30,680 nucleotides of DNA from Holosporales bacterium (lineage in GTDB: Bacteria; Pseudomonadota; Alphaproteobacteria; BNTO01). The stretch's first letter is position 1. Each line of letters begins with the position of its first letter. The notes beneath the pieces are model-generated. The model was given only the letters and a program-made list of their open reading frames with translations. It made no database searches and was not told where the DNA came from. A program made the translations under genes and the position numbers. The stretch is taken from the NCBI GenBank assembly GCA_031257945.1, contig JAIRNU010000078.1:1-30680 (forward strand), in the 5' to 3' direction. This document shows, piece after piece, positions 23,501-28,421 of this stretch.

Positions 23501-24878
23501 ATAAATACAAATACTTATACATATTTAAAAATTGTTCGGTGGGCTCCTCTTCTGTCCCCCCAACCTTTGCTATCTCTGCTGCTATAAGACCTTCAATGAT
23601 GCCTAATTTTTCCAAAATAGCATTGACGACGTCTGTTTCTGAGATCGCAAGGCCAGACAAAAATTGGTTGAAATACTCCTGTATGCTATCTGTATCTGCA
23701 GGCGATGATAGTGCTGCCATTGCGTCAGACGGCGGCGTGGTGGGGATAAGCAGGCCGTATATTGATGTATAAAAGTCCGCAGCGTCTTTCGTCCCGGCTT
23801 TGGTTTTGTATGTGGCCATTAGGGTATTTATCGCGTCAAATTCGTCTTTAATATTATTGTAATTAGTTGTAGAGATCCTTATAATAGCACTACTGGACGC
23901 TAAAAAAACCAATTGGTCCCACAAAGAACCACTAGCGCTAGCAGAAGTGGTACTACTCCCGAAAATAGTTTTCCAGCACTCATCGCTTGCCAAAATATTC
24001 TTTGTCGCTGCCACTATATCAGCAGTTATCCCAGTCCCGTCCTTATATTCATTTACTATCTTGTTAATAAGCACCGGGCTGAACCCCCTAGAGCCAACCT
24101 GCGTGATTGCATACAAAAGGGACCCTAATTCCGGACTTCCCGCCGCCTTTAATCGTGCGCAGATAGAGCCTGTTGTGCTTGCCGTGTCACCTGGCGTACC
24201 AAGAACAACTGAGTCAGTAATTTTAATTGGCGTTGCCCTAATAGTCGCCAGCACTTTGTTAATGAGACTGTGGTAGGTGTAAACGTCACTGTACATCTCA
24301 TTCACGTTGTTGAGTGCTCCAAGGTACCCCGCAGTGGTATTTGGAAACATTTTGTTATTAAGTACTGCATGATTAAGTAAAATTGATGTATTTACTCCCT
24401 GCGTGATCCCAAAAGTAGCAGCGTATGCTAAGCTTACTCCGGCAGAGAGGATGGTTTCCAAAGATGGGGCGGCTCCATTACTCCATCCTGTTAAATCAAA
24501 GTTGCTTGATCCATTGATATTTGACAACAGATTATATATCTTTTTGCTTTTACCAAATGCAGAAAATGTTCCCTCGTCATCTTTAATATCAGTTATGTTG
24601 CCGTTTGATACCCCTACTCTCACGAGTGTTGTCGTGCTCGGAGATTTACTCCATAAACCTGCAATATCAGTTTGAAGCGAGCGCGAACCTAAAGCGGTAG
24701 AGCTTCCTAAATATGTGGCACAAGTACCAATTGCTGGATTACTACCACTTTGTATTCGCTCCATAAAGGTTGATAAATCGGTGCTCCAGCACCCTATCAT
24801 TATCCACAAAAGGAAAACGAATGGACGCAGCGCAGCAAAAAAACATTGCTTAAAAAACAATTTTATTGTTAAAAGCAC
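5505..24878 (-). CDS. Giant (6457 aa) predicted alpha-helical protein with cysteine-anchored degenerate repeats; possibly exported
   Basis: Uninterrupted 19.4-kb ORF (GTG start). N-terminus with basic residues and a hydrophobic stretch ending MIGC. Amphipathic helical pattern throughout, with recurring CxxC...CC motifs. No named domain recognised. Confidence 0.93.
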   Translation of the reverse strand: MLLTIKLFFKQCFFAALRPFVFLLWIMIGCWSTDLSTFMERIQSGSNPAIGTCATYLGSSTALGSRSLQTDIAGLWSKSPSTTTLVRVGVSNGNITDIKDDEGTFSAFGKSKKIYNLLSNINGSSNFDLTGWSNGAAPSLETILSAGVSLAYAATFGITQGVNTSILLNHAVLNNKMFPNTTAGYLGALNNVNEMYSDVYTYHSLINKVLATIRATPIKITDSVVLGTPGDTASTTGSICARLKAAGSPELGSLLYAITQVGSRGFSPVLINKIVNEYKDGTGITADIVAATKNILASDECWKTIFGSSTTSASASGSLWDQLVFLASSSAIIRISTTNYNNIKDEFDAINTLMATYKTKAGTKDAADFYTSIYGLLIPTTPPSDAMAALSSPADTDSIQEYFNQFLSGLAISETDVVNAILEKLGIIEGLIAAEIAKVGGTEEEPTEQFLNMYKYLYLLSNEIHALCSAPLYNSQNEYNQLLLVIRELNTHVDLASDFFAGFTVLVKNLWDILENGIDTFADISVEGLTLENIFPQIIMLINGILNDVKILEGNIGFFNSIAKDDLPALSSFFKTFCSGMQNVIDAAEQYVDLLQSPIKNIEIKKDFLAKKIYLLREIQTAILTVDKNINAYKDCEAAAALALPFLDIVANIEAITKRVVHELPDIHDKIFTSYNSVVQGITQKIKVDDNYSDIFSTVNEVLGAVWGDYRRSKKVTDILRYSEINAHELVEVIRHKVMQYIQKISANINTFAYNATAPPSDLWKPIDFKAQVICDFAEGVMDVLRNAAASCENNSGSDILSVTLQTAYSGLRDAFDFLQATWDSFENYYQVEACIRLPQILLCTTQAVGDLIYNNPDKAGALDIFDRWHGVLSNFLQKPEAWLSNARIAQLWMDLREIIGEGGAFVPIPPSIENLQTIAPNLIQAASLYNSIVQYIVTSFSEGLELLDCQGIAGLAEKANIYKIFWKEYADYFTNFKYMLNYHSGIQLEIRNPEQFRSDIIDTSTYWETLLKVLAEQSQTPPFIRQRLYDITAVLYKIENIVDRLIQSEQSINISYILSGIENIKRALEAGVSSETGINLDDIFKELNYWKDCYDVDPVPHAPPSIPQNENTDNVYLRRILQQITNIGDKIVHICNNTIINNYNFSMEEREAIQRISAELYGIANIEIGIEGPVNSYSQEQILIIREIQEKIKGMAAQALYLYDALYPREERHCTTAKKNIFRRCANIAKAIAQQIQEANLLDAGATVERCIVQTARILLHNARLFEAFSTDVENASLQQEMGDVLAWIEDIWAWAIALAPPDVFESIEESCNECLNLYHCLSTLSGALKQSYYTAFISGQNHKNAGIRGALSEASSVLHSLAGTIYDHEILCAESNINSPQLIAILNEISDDTDKNARLPDTCENQQKMSFARALQVTNTISYALSLIKSNLGTKSAKEVLAKSFGCLNTLLDTLRTRPTEEKIAAVGAAIYAIAQKYDDIDFAAPYFDFDYFSVPLEDYKDVYLRKYTVLLKGITAQLYDIADILEKDFDAAVNTEYKNLIVNIANSFLGADNSLPFLEDITSKYSCQKCTNQSISIQETLALQELHDITKELSFAIKQIAESISDKCCANTALYTHNILEKLLRFEDILRAAADETVMALLENQLLLQPQGHAPLDLPGISEFLDRLIRTAEVAETAEAANTIPPFKFSCTQRMGDLYLIKEILESICVLLEQHIATIFANINTNLYSINAVDSLQHISSFINDIMKDSTILYAKCPECNAFRKAEEAAILGGIREICGQIRQNIGLFVQKLLDNEACRIYTAKIINIEENITNLAIYFKQIVNLQKNGAIPALPINEYISSINSILKTIPDALSLPTVEQSIDQIESETEDLCNAIRTILLCYNIDIEPFKKDYDKIPASERVTFALTSITAKLNAIFESINDLAIYWKGEYLIYSEEIHQQLSEAHTRIHIMKTKLQDFLQNSDGLEHLSQCVFCEKPLHAHQQDLLQAIKPDALGLLAETYVEFKIKKKVEAQYKLLGPLEELAQVLQFLLDNDIIDPTNTPQIDKFVYSLADSIKKIVAQKVNGNVISSIQKITTLIKAAIWTKEPLFDVEKVTNRSFLAQITQEQYEINLAKIIEVSEDILSNFSKLCHWFAQTELAPHPIVSDLIITSGIFVQYIINAIQETDIFNGVYINIEKILKDIVSLAGQVIANNNNPPCGETVATAVRNILLKINVCVASLPETDDDIGATPSPQKQLIAEQITKISEEITNIGSYISSIDSAFQHAPAGLFRDRAESIAPMLSDINDSLPDCYNAIASCSDIIEATAWSLPSDYSSYALHAVQHEKIAVYLTKILQNMRELSNPSDGYFAILEQHIRQNMDIDQTYSKEVLDSFASLRDALLAVKAALHDLSNSQIQFCARTDSLDKYILRDIGNEMDNIVEVIEPIMADLEVRYWQGISFSFRTFLNTLKKQISSCDQITTAIQNSSANIDDFNNKKVNNAVKYISDKIATFIADFKSIEIGDDSEDYHAALLAYAQIFDAAVTFEPELKDVVTDSFYGEWEEDNTALIADPPLFSEAVLCQDIALLPLIFEEYASALSSVVTELKNNAAKVVRNGEITSSLKAIAEQIENIESQALTPFLENIYTIIDAHNNGIVTYEDWIENYTSLHQALFLLYQQVMEIHDCYDASLCCASLVLTLQDIAIALTNTANNINYIITNPLHNTLDVNTILNNIAAAFDKESLEQYFDYIQTIYDEPISPTGKCKSDYINTALRSIVAVLNGTNATISDEEVPQVHQVEELTQADVFCLLVKEVNNNIVNAINAIYLEIKNTVHFVQSYGLTTPFNSSSFSAIDNIISTLDSVVAFLDNLIDKASPFGTFCQQCIDRADANADDFNDFFEKAIDAVSNVKVTFIFLKDSLAIFCCDKKDGAALGRICSGVLSCSEFISQLTALAFQSDTDMNDALLEFAAFLDTMSAPLFSALNHPAHSAQKSINLQKVAEIFEMFNFVSGSFVEILPYTPSIAAHYWDRIIEALAAHHVDAAIINEAIISHKHVITPENLSQIQAIALRLKGLAALFATATAPQSLLHNQAAFEEKSAKIKDEINKISDDFEDIFIALSQVNDISIILDSVTLLEEAAKKVETAAKTLSPFFVEDLDFGEPADTVRNELADLVGSGPDLETTQQELHTMSEYKNNPPLTGLSNALQGIVTAMSLCADHVLAITKSDPPPVYPLARAPEVAVSLTRIYKYTLYIADAINELANTLAGHDILRFHEEIVDLLSTLIGTLDFLQNQICDVALATSLVKIPNVHECSLILYSLARGINDIKLNISRVFNIIKHKEPSYEGHFHNEIAAIIEQLSIYTELIQHSTLSQAKTFFTNFAKTSLKLKTNTDILHESIAIEKHGKATEALRKQHIKILEEITDWAQNAFGEHAIANTTVPIFEDIHTESTDIRIRNALMEIAKRFTMLSDEWLLAPYKIDYDFININQIISENISNLLYNTANIQEAIHNFSTQLKHPTCCTETATIIDQIRTQLYFCAHSFAKIIPKAQQTLAAQQDADILFALDCITAELLNISTALSGKVDDFDCLDAAYSALLSSVKNSTTVINENLLCIEGVYGIPATQSLNLKAVENIDNCAKKEVFLYKIEQTLHKIRDICETLAYYVSPPIGVPIPYKKAFEDRVHNLQTAVNTVATAFALLKSKHITCESCNPVQIFASVNDMLQWTNSLEASFCTIKDTIKALEYSMLSEAVHNILQNNLNIQKLIGLFKITEILHAPELMPVITSLFDTWNNFFEQIGEGPQECGFPALVQFLRQIDESQKAFLHYMNLEKQVEFEQLPQVVFSEQQIKEDVEALQHNKTKDDALFNTILQDAIETGVSSDIVSKIFYKAFHLSRWAKIRFTYNVTPLEKEIAETLFPSEAIIDSWQKIGLAYGHNDACQKYLDQITAISSNYEGINSVMEEIILAAQQYSLDTECSENISGYIDNIKEIFQQICENSNKIIPRMESGNYQICFTEIDKDNYILDILQAIVSDSLRIMDEMNDIKNTFTINKDPPNEYQVQPGALAKNLANLDVDFYENIQSSWQGVNTVLAEQIDAMEYIKFLLINGEVCAIRGRPTETFKADTLDLLANVADGVQSSNSAIIEYENTIYSNLTYAVKKIISLFPIFSDIKLLLFRNNNINNTKACLSLIESELSTLLTHIESIKNIQYDRRNLFLELLKVGLVVQNITDLVQQYTQDNDKEPIIIEPVEKHRGDVQFFENSLFALQNALCSVDGAITVWKGVIQSENGTKRNERCFDQEILDVLSAIIATFSGMQSTYAQGDWNWFCSAEHFVALDQVFQSMVTGISAICDLLRHPTCCVARNEYLYSILSLLEQFGFGFDGAIPYLNIDQHIFEEGEIDEAINYINKAVCSLNIASHKLGKIQLQEDAHCNAPAIAPHMKKTCRFLYRATQALCNALLLIGEKQPGTAHIVSEELFCQKVSAILDLIDAKAADIVGKLNAFTQYAEASNIYESQQNLQNSLVTLLYGVEEFQNTVARFCSVFANKVCQNCNSNTYYYDEIISSLSKTQEELFKIIQQMEDRLYKKYAKEFHEFVALVETLAQQMDLFLRIDASDARKTTVQLFANFIDNVILMYKQILRDVPAEPAASLPEKTQIIASVNKILSNSVEQLTDKLMALGVYLPPKAGYPAQTYNGQLIERDYASLIEIIKSLNNSFYIAQTTDLFNHTVVHYKWEEAAQLFREILNNIRENDMVPDPIPLKDAMEGLLNSHTEFIDVLQKTAAVPHKVDKLFDIDNSIRAINKTIAFTKNQFVKNLEEEEHSTFINTMREITSILETNFPQSITKLSNINSLNEEYVCPHRVINFAEYIGLTDIDDNLHNIYLKTNAALRAFAQDLPTYLPDDFAGPTTTVTNEVLISRINADLHTLADLIQESVNISDNYVVKDFHPESAEYFGTLAALFTDLLNSLQANYSPTECMRENKNSIEFLLADAFTAITRIPDLFIQESTILKKTCCSTFVYTLFTLLDSASILTEQIKGYDEIIDIASGETTVGALLLETVSAVSMLIDELFPQEQEENIENNGDDTSDGYCIAVEQIEHVLKIKTIVDKLITAFHPPAESSVIHPATYRCPTLFCAISEGFKQLAAFNDAICGQCAALEHKKFHFPAVRQLFNFLTQIKPIFPVLKTLIADILATKMELFCFYCEAEQDSITGAIPENWNELIDNAQIGVESLQEILARYCYLDTVKQLHHYNYYTSYIAEVINGISEYVTVNWSNICSLPIDSFISLFTQKDGITPGIVTVIKQIEDIEINGECHMEQAAECISKIIVKASEIADILTIYFPNSAIFNVYKPLATDEMTYATAVQTFANTLSSHQDLYAALHGLMQNTYEKRLTAPSDFLAKIKGLSETFADVSESILGAYDKWKEGFFCEKFAVCRECDTCLPCCRDDCLCAENRGIRVVLWQLKDMYQKLADEFLEISTRIGEDCCLSSFTHLFQAQEQLAAAQMFIGEILNHEAQNNSGLIINIADIITKNINKITTDLITLEDARNHVPQTEEYCRIKYINEQIITLAQTLQVFKDDCEELLINTSIPKPSLQQQEPFDFSCQEFPWFLNKISYIIDDLSLSFETAAPTIACSLQNFEQTSIALNALILSCQNIYNTLITFILPADKELLCANCVKKDFNASMQNIANAILRLIRSCIAVKNDALKEFCCHGLYTKLQKTAWIFNALSSIVENVNNISIQPADIIYGTHTSNILEISNSIELLNSLFVPLFSKYNSLPAASFEVFCQSSELISYIDSINEVLQNNIYLSAANFFAEFGIPPALPQEEDIKEAISYEQILSSICSSHANINTVLLNFVAKVSSIEINGSHSDTLTAISSIISALNNTSLNIQNFAQMMKEKSICYNRILFDFHFEEELIQGIYSGNNSIVNTFIKLLNIFSRSQGIKKANSVSAILEHLRKFTKAVEVMASLDDPAQLFEEQLVSIPFTDILTIWRQYTNNIAELLDSTQEAPPAASLLDEAFLGLAKETLEFALLFDHIPEDYWNGNDTPQYQNAAALYKTNLNSMREQITVLAEVFIWLRDEVAFVRPAFSEETYTQAIHISNNINGIYDSLLNIADDNVMYSGATFTALAEEVHFLKRKFDAIVSVLHRPPCDLKLISAINSLSSTIRLLADNITNDNDCTKEQYQVFIIKFLQSIVRLKQFTEELLAGDWHSCVSDQLAERLANTPFDEMLAATLERFIPGNPNDSANPDAQSPPPTTLSSAIDGLSLSIISLIKGVAKWAPNIHPTHELLDIKLSALPDFDTVDSEGNCIPLLPLYMFETDVNIATISSKLDDLQQIEEGCEICTHAKVIDSFRTLHSIIKHLLNNFTLLFYFIQTIDKQIFSADLLDLVGKMTTTEDGQNVINLLYRTKFDKHGLPIMDDRGKSLTEKDTFLQQTKIVSNFGSLLDRALFTLRY

Positions 24879-24947
24879 TTTTACTATTAACTAAAACATC
24901 AGTACATATAAAAATGTATAAGTATTATATTTAAAAATAGTAAAGTT

Positions 24948-24976
24948 TTGCCATATTCCGCCAATTTATCTAACTT
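24948..24976 (+). promoter_or_regulatory. Candidate sigma70 promoter for the hcp-like pair
   Basis: TTGCCA-N17-TAACTT about 90 nt upstream of ATG 25069, in the AT-rich divergent region shared with the giant gene. Confidence 0.4.
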
Positions 24977-25068
24977 TTTTGTTTTTCCTCTAGAGCACTG
25001 CCAGTTTTTTATGACATTATTAGTAGGGAAGGGGGGAGTGATCGCGCTACCGATACAGTAGGCCTGGT

Positions 25069-25647
25069 ATGGACAATCCTATTAATTTGCGGATAGGGGG
25101 AATTTCATTCAAAGTCCCGATTTCGCGCAGCGGAAATGGCCTCCTATCGGCAACAGTATCGAGAACCCCAGAGTGGGTGATTATGTTCGATGGTGGGTTA
25201 ACCGCCAGCACGTTAGAAGAATACCCAGATTTCGTGGTATTACTTGGCTTTTTTTCAGAACAAAGCCGGTATGTGTCGGGCAATGTTAACGGCTCCATAT
25301 TCACTTCTGGAAGTGTTCAAGGCGGAGAATACATATTCATTCTACAAAACGGAGAGCACGGTCCAAAGCTTGAACAACAAATGTATAGCGGCAAAAACGT
25401 CCCGTGCGTCAGACTTATACGGTTAGGATGGTCAGAAGGCGCTTTATCTGTTCTGCAGACAATTACACTTACGGTAGTGCGTATTACTCGTTTCATGCAG
25501 AACATCCAATATATTGTGATTGTTGTACAGGCTGGTGCCCGGACTAACGATATTTCAGATTTTAACCAGGCTGATGGTGCTTGTGCGGGTCACAAGATAA
25601 GTACAGTAAATTATTCGGAAAATAAACTTGAGTTCGAGAGTCAATGA
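25069..25647 (+). CDS. hcp: Hcp-like (T6SS inner tube, TssD family) protein 1 with N-terminal extension
   Basis: Colinear by eye with P. aeruginosa Hcp1: GSVQ~GKVN, GPKLEQQMYSGKNVP~TPNLMMACSSGKHYP, TITLTVVRIT~IITLKEVLVS, FNQADGACAG~PQKADGAKDG, VNYSEN~WNIRQN. Confidence 0.75.
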   Translation: MDNPINLRIGGISFKVPISRSGNGLLSATVSRTPEWVIMFDGGLTASTLEEYPDFVVLLGFFSEQSRYVSGNVNGSIFTSGSVQGGEYIFILQNGEHGPKLEQQMYSGKNVPCVRLIRLGWSEGALSVLQTITLTVVRITRFMQNIQYIVIVVQAGARTNDISDFNQADGACAGHKISTVNYSENKLEFESQ

Positions 25648-26270
25648 TACTTAGTGATAACAAATCACAAGCCCAGGGGAACGGCCCGTACGAAATCGCT
25701 AATGTCCCAGGAATGGGGGATTTGAAGGTAATAGTTGTAAGCGAATCAACAAGCCAATTCTTCAACAATCCAAACGGGTCGAAATCGCCCTGGTGGATGG
25801 TTAGCATGAAAGCAGATAACAAAGAGGTGCTATCGTCTACTGTTACTGCCGCGCCGTATAAAGATTACACGGAATTATTTGGGTTTTACATAGAATCGTA
25901 CGTCGTTTTTTCATCAACAATTGCTAACAAACTGTTTGTATCGTCGATAATACATGAAGATTGTATTATCGTTATTCCAAATGCCGGTTATGTGGCGGAC
26001 CTGGAGCAAAAAATGCACTCTGGGGTATTGTTTGGCATGATTACGATTGTGTGCCTTGGGTGGATTAAGGGGACGTTGCAAGTGTACCATCGTATAACGT
26101 TTACTAATTCTTTTCTGGTTTCAATTATTCCTGACCTAGACCGCGCATTTGTTCGCTTTAGGGTTGTAAAGAAGAACCATACTTTTATTCCATTTTCTCA
26201 GGCCGGCGTAAAAGCGGGGCAGTCTATGTGCCTTATCGATTTGACGACTGATACGACGTCAGCTGGGTAG
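25644..26270 (+). CDS. hcp: Hcp-like protein 2, diverged paralog of the upstream gene
   Basis: ATGA overlap with the upstream gene. Shared motifs: LEQKMHSG/LEQQMYSG, LGWIKGTL/LGWSEGAL, ITFT/ITLT, LFGF/LLGF, FSQAGVKAGQ/FNQADGACAGH. Confidence 0.7.
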   Translation: MILSDNKSQAQGNGPYEIANVPGMGDLKVIVVSESTSQFFNNPNGSKSPWWMVSMKADNKEVLSSTVTAAPYKDYTELFGFYIESYVVFSSTIANKLFVSSIIHEDCIIVIPNAGYVADLEQKMHSGVLFGMITIVCLGWIKGTLQVYHRITFTNSFLVSIIPDLDRAFVRFRVVKKNHTFIPFSQAGVKAGQSMCLIDLTTDTTSAG

Positions 26271-26333
26271 TTTTGCCATCCTTTTTTCTTATTTGATATG
26301 ATCCGGTAGCGCAACGGGGTAGGGCAGGGCGGA

Positions 26334-27206
26334 TCATATTTTTCGAGCACATACAATACGCGAAAAATACTCTTGCCCGGATTTCGACAAGACAAAGATA
26401 ACTTTCCCATCAATGCGAAGGTCGACCTTCATGATATCACCAGACGATACTTTCCCTGCATCAATCAATACGGACAGTACATACAGCGCTTTCTCAATAC
26501 CATGATCGGGCAGCTTGACTTCCACGGAATTGCTGAGTTTTAAGTCCCACCGCCGGCCCTGAATAAATGCCATAGCCGCAAGCCGGCCTCTTATATTCTT
26601 GAACCGGTTAATGCTTTTCAATATTGCCGGAGCGTTCGTGCAAGCATTGCGCCCAGACAGTACTGGCAGCCCACGAAAGCATGCATCAATAGGGGCCTGG
26701 ATTTGCTCCCCATCTTGATCAACTAAAACAAATTGATTTTTGTCGTGGTACACGGCAATCGGCTGTCTTTCCGTTATGTAAATATGCAGCCGACCGCAAA
26801 GATTCCTGCATACGCTGGCTTGTTTGACCCACGCAAGCCGCTCTAGTTTGGTCTTCATAGTGCGTACATCGCACTCGAAAATTGGACTCCCGGCGCGAAC
26901 ATTTATAGCATCAAGGATATCACTCTGTTGCAAGCGGTATCGCCCTAGGACCGTTACATCCTTCAAAGTGAATCCTAGCCGCTGTGTCGCGGAATATATG
27001 GCCGTCTCGCAGCAACCAAACAATTTTTGCAAATTATCGTCGTAACTGAAGAAAACCAATCCCGCCAGGCAAAACGACATCAAAAAGCAGCGTCGCCCTG
27101 CTTTTGACGAAAAAAACCACAGCACAGCATGCAGCAAAAGCAAATACGCCTCTGCCGTTAGGCCCCGCTTTTGTGCGGATTTCTTGGACACAACCCTACG
27201 CGCCAC
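26334..27206 (-). CDS. ftsQ: Cell division protein FtsQ
   Basis: N-terminal TM segment, POTRA domain (GFTLKDVTVLG...WVKQASV...ITERQPIA), VLVDQDG, RRWDLKL, KVDLR. Confidence 0.93.
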   Translation of the reverse strand: MARRVVSKKSAQKRGLTAEAYLLLLHAVLWFFSSKAGRRCFLMSFCLAGLVFFSYDDNLQKLFGCCETAIYSATQRLGFTLKDVTVLGRYRLQQSDILDAINVRAGSPIFECDVRTMKTKLERLAWVKQASVCRNLCGRLHIYITERQPIAVYHDKNQFVLVDQDGEQIQAPIDACFRGLPVLSGRNACTNAPAILKSINRFKNIRGRLAAMAFIQGRRWDLKLSNSVEVKLPDHGIEKALYVLSVLIDAGKVSSGDIMKVDLRIDGKVIFVLSKSGQEYFSRIVCARKI

Positions 27207-27274
27207 AGCTATACCACATCAAAACCCCGTCCCAAAAAATCGGCAGCAGGAGACTTGACGCACAACTGCCGCTC

Positions 27275-27886
27275 TTACGCTTGCTCCGCCGCGGCCTGCT
27301 CCTCAAGCCCTCCCCGTTGCGGTTGCACAACATTCGCTAAAACAGTATCACTGTGTACGTTATGCGCTAAATGGCTGCCGTCTGGGATGCTTATATCGCT
27401 TACCACAAAGGACTTGCCAAACGTGGCCCCGCTCAGGTCTATCTCGAATTTTTCAGGGATAGAAATAGGAGAACAAAACAACTCCACATAAGGCATCACT
27501 ACGTTCAAAATCCCGCCCAATTTAAGCGCAGGAGATTTATCTGCATTAATAAACTCAACCGGGACACGCAATTTAATTTGAGAACTGCGATTTACACGCT
27601 GGAAATCCAAGTGCAGCGGGTCCCCAGTTACCGGATGAAGCTGAACATCTTTTGGCAAGACGATCACAGGCTCCTCGTTTTCTACGGATATTTTCACGAC
27701 TTTACTGTAAAAATCCCCTCTATGGCAAAGCAAAGACGCCTCTTTCTTTTTTATTGCCATCATCCGCGGCTCCTTATTGTCGCCATAAATAATGCACGGG
27801 ACTAGGCCATTACAGCGCAACCGCCGGGCCTCCCCAGTTCCTGTCGCCATTTTACGTTCCGCGACCAAAATACTCACCTCACTCAT
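27275..27886 (-). CDS. rplY: 50S ribosomal protein L25/Ctc (long form)
   Basis: TGTGEARRLR...VPCIIYG, KDVQLHPVTGDPLHLDFQ, SPALKLGGILNVV; AAGGAGG RBS at 27891-27897. Confidence 0.96.
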   Translation of the reverse strand: MSEVSILVAERKMATGTGEARRLRCNGLVPCIIYGDNKEPRMMAIKKKEASLLCHRGDFYSKVVKISVENEEPVIVLPKDVQLHPVTGDPLHLDFQRVNRSSQIKLRVPVEFINADKSPALKLGGILNVVMPYVELFCSPISIPEKFEIDLSGATFGKSFVVSDISIPDGSHLAHNVHSDTVLANVVQPQRGGLEEQAAAEQA

Positions 27887-27895
27887 AAGCCCTCC

Positions 27896-28021
27896 TTACC
27901 CCTGACGTGCCTTAAATTTTGGGCACTGCTTATTAATAACATACAACCGGCCCTTCCGCCGTACGATTCTGGACGCTTTATGGCGACTCCTAATCGTTTT
28001 TAAAGAATTCACTACTTTCAT
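27896..28021 (-). CDS. rpmJ: 50S ribosomal protein L36 (41-aa zinc-free alphaproteobacterial type); not in the ORF track
   Basis: Translated by hand: [41 protein letters not shown]. Its TAA overlaps the TAAGGAGG RBS of rplY. Confidence 0.96.
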   Translation of the reverse strand: MKVVNSLKTIRSRHKASRIVRRKGRLYVINKQCPKFKARQG

Positions 28022-28094
28022 AACAACCACAAAATAAAAAAATCATACCCAGCGCCCGCCGCGCCGCAATAAGCACGCTAGACACCTCTCATTT

Positions 28095-28103
28095 AATGTA
28101 GCA
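28095..28103 (-). promoter_or_regulatory. Candidate extended -10 promoter for rpmJ-rplY
   Basis: TGcTACATT on the minus strand about 75 nt upstream of rpmJ; no convincing -35. Confidence 0.35.
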
Positions 28104-28208
28104 CAATTTCTCTGAAAATAGTGATTAATATTTTTGTGCGGGCTCATATCAAATGGAAAAAAGGGTAAAGAGAGTGGGCTTTTTGCTCCGAGGCGCATAT
28201 GAGGAGAC

Positions 28209-28341
28209 TAGACCTGTTGCAAAAGTGAGGAATTTTTAGGAGCATACGAAGCAGAACCGCAGTGTACTTAACGTACGTGAGGATTCGAGCATCGGAGCGA
28301 CGCCAAAATTACCGAAAGAACGAAGCTTTCGCAACGGTCTA
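28209..28341. repeat. RPE1-like palindromic element copy (133 bp), opposite orientation
   Basis: TAGACCTGTTGCAAAAG...CTTTCGCAACGGTCTA; the reverse complement aligns to 2363-2508 with 1, 2 and 10 bp deletions. Confidence 0.9.
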
Positions 28342-28421
28342 TTGTTTATACAAAATGTATTTGCTTTTGGGTCCTTTTTACAGTAGCTATACAGCAAGCC
28401 GTTTGTTTTATGAGGTGAAGT

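Noticed and set aside
5839-24675. Many + strand ORFs of 60-205 aa opposite the giant gene (e.g. 18127-18714, 19807-20376, 23155-23772)
   Set aside because: Antisense shadows of a long coding sequence; no motifs or RBS.
27907-27926. Hairpin upstream of rplY as a possible L25 leader
   Set aside because: It lies inside the rpmJ coding sequence.
28153-28239. Short ORF MEKRVKRVGFLLRGAYEET reading into the element's RPE frame
   Set aside because: It stops within the element after 28 codons; no RBS or homology.
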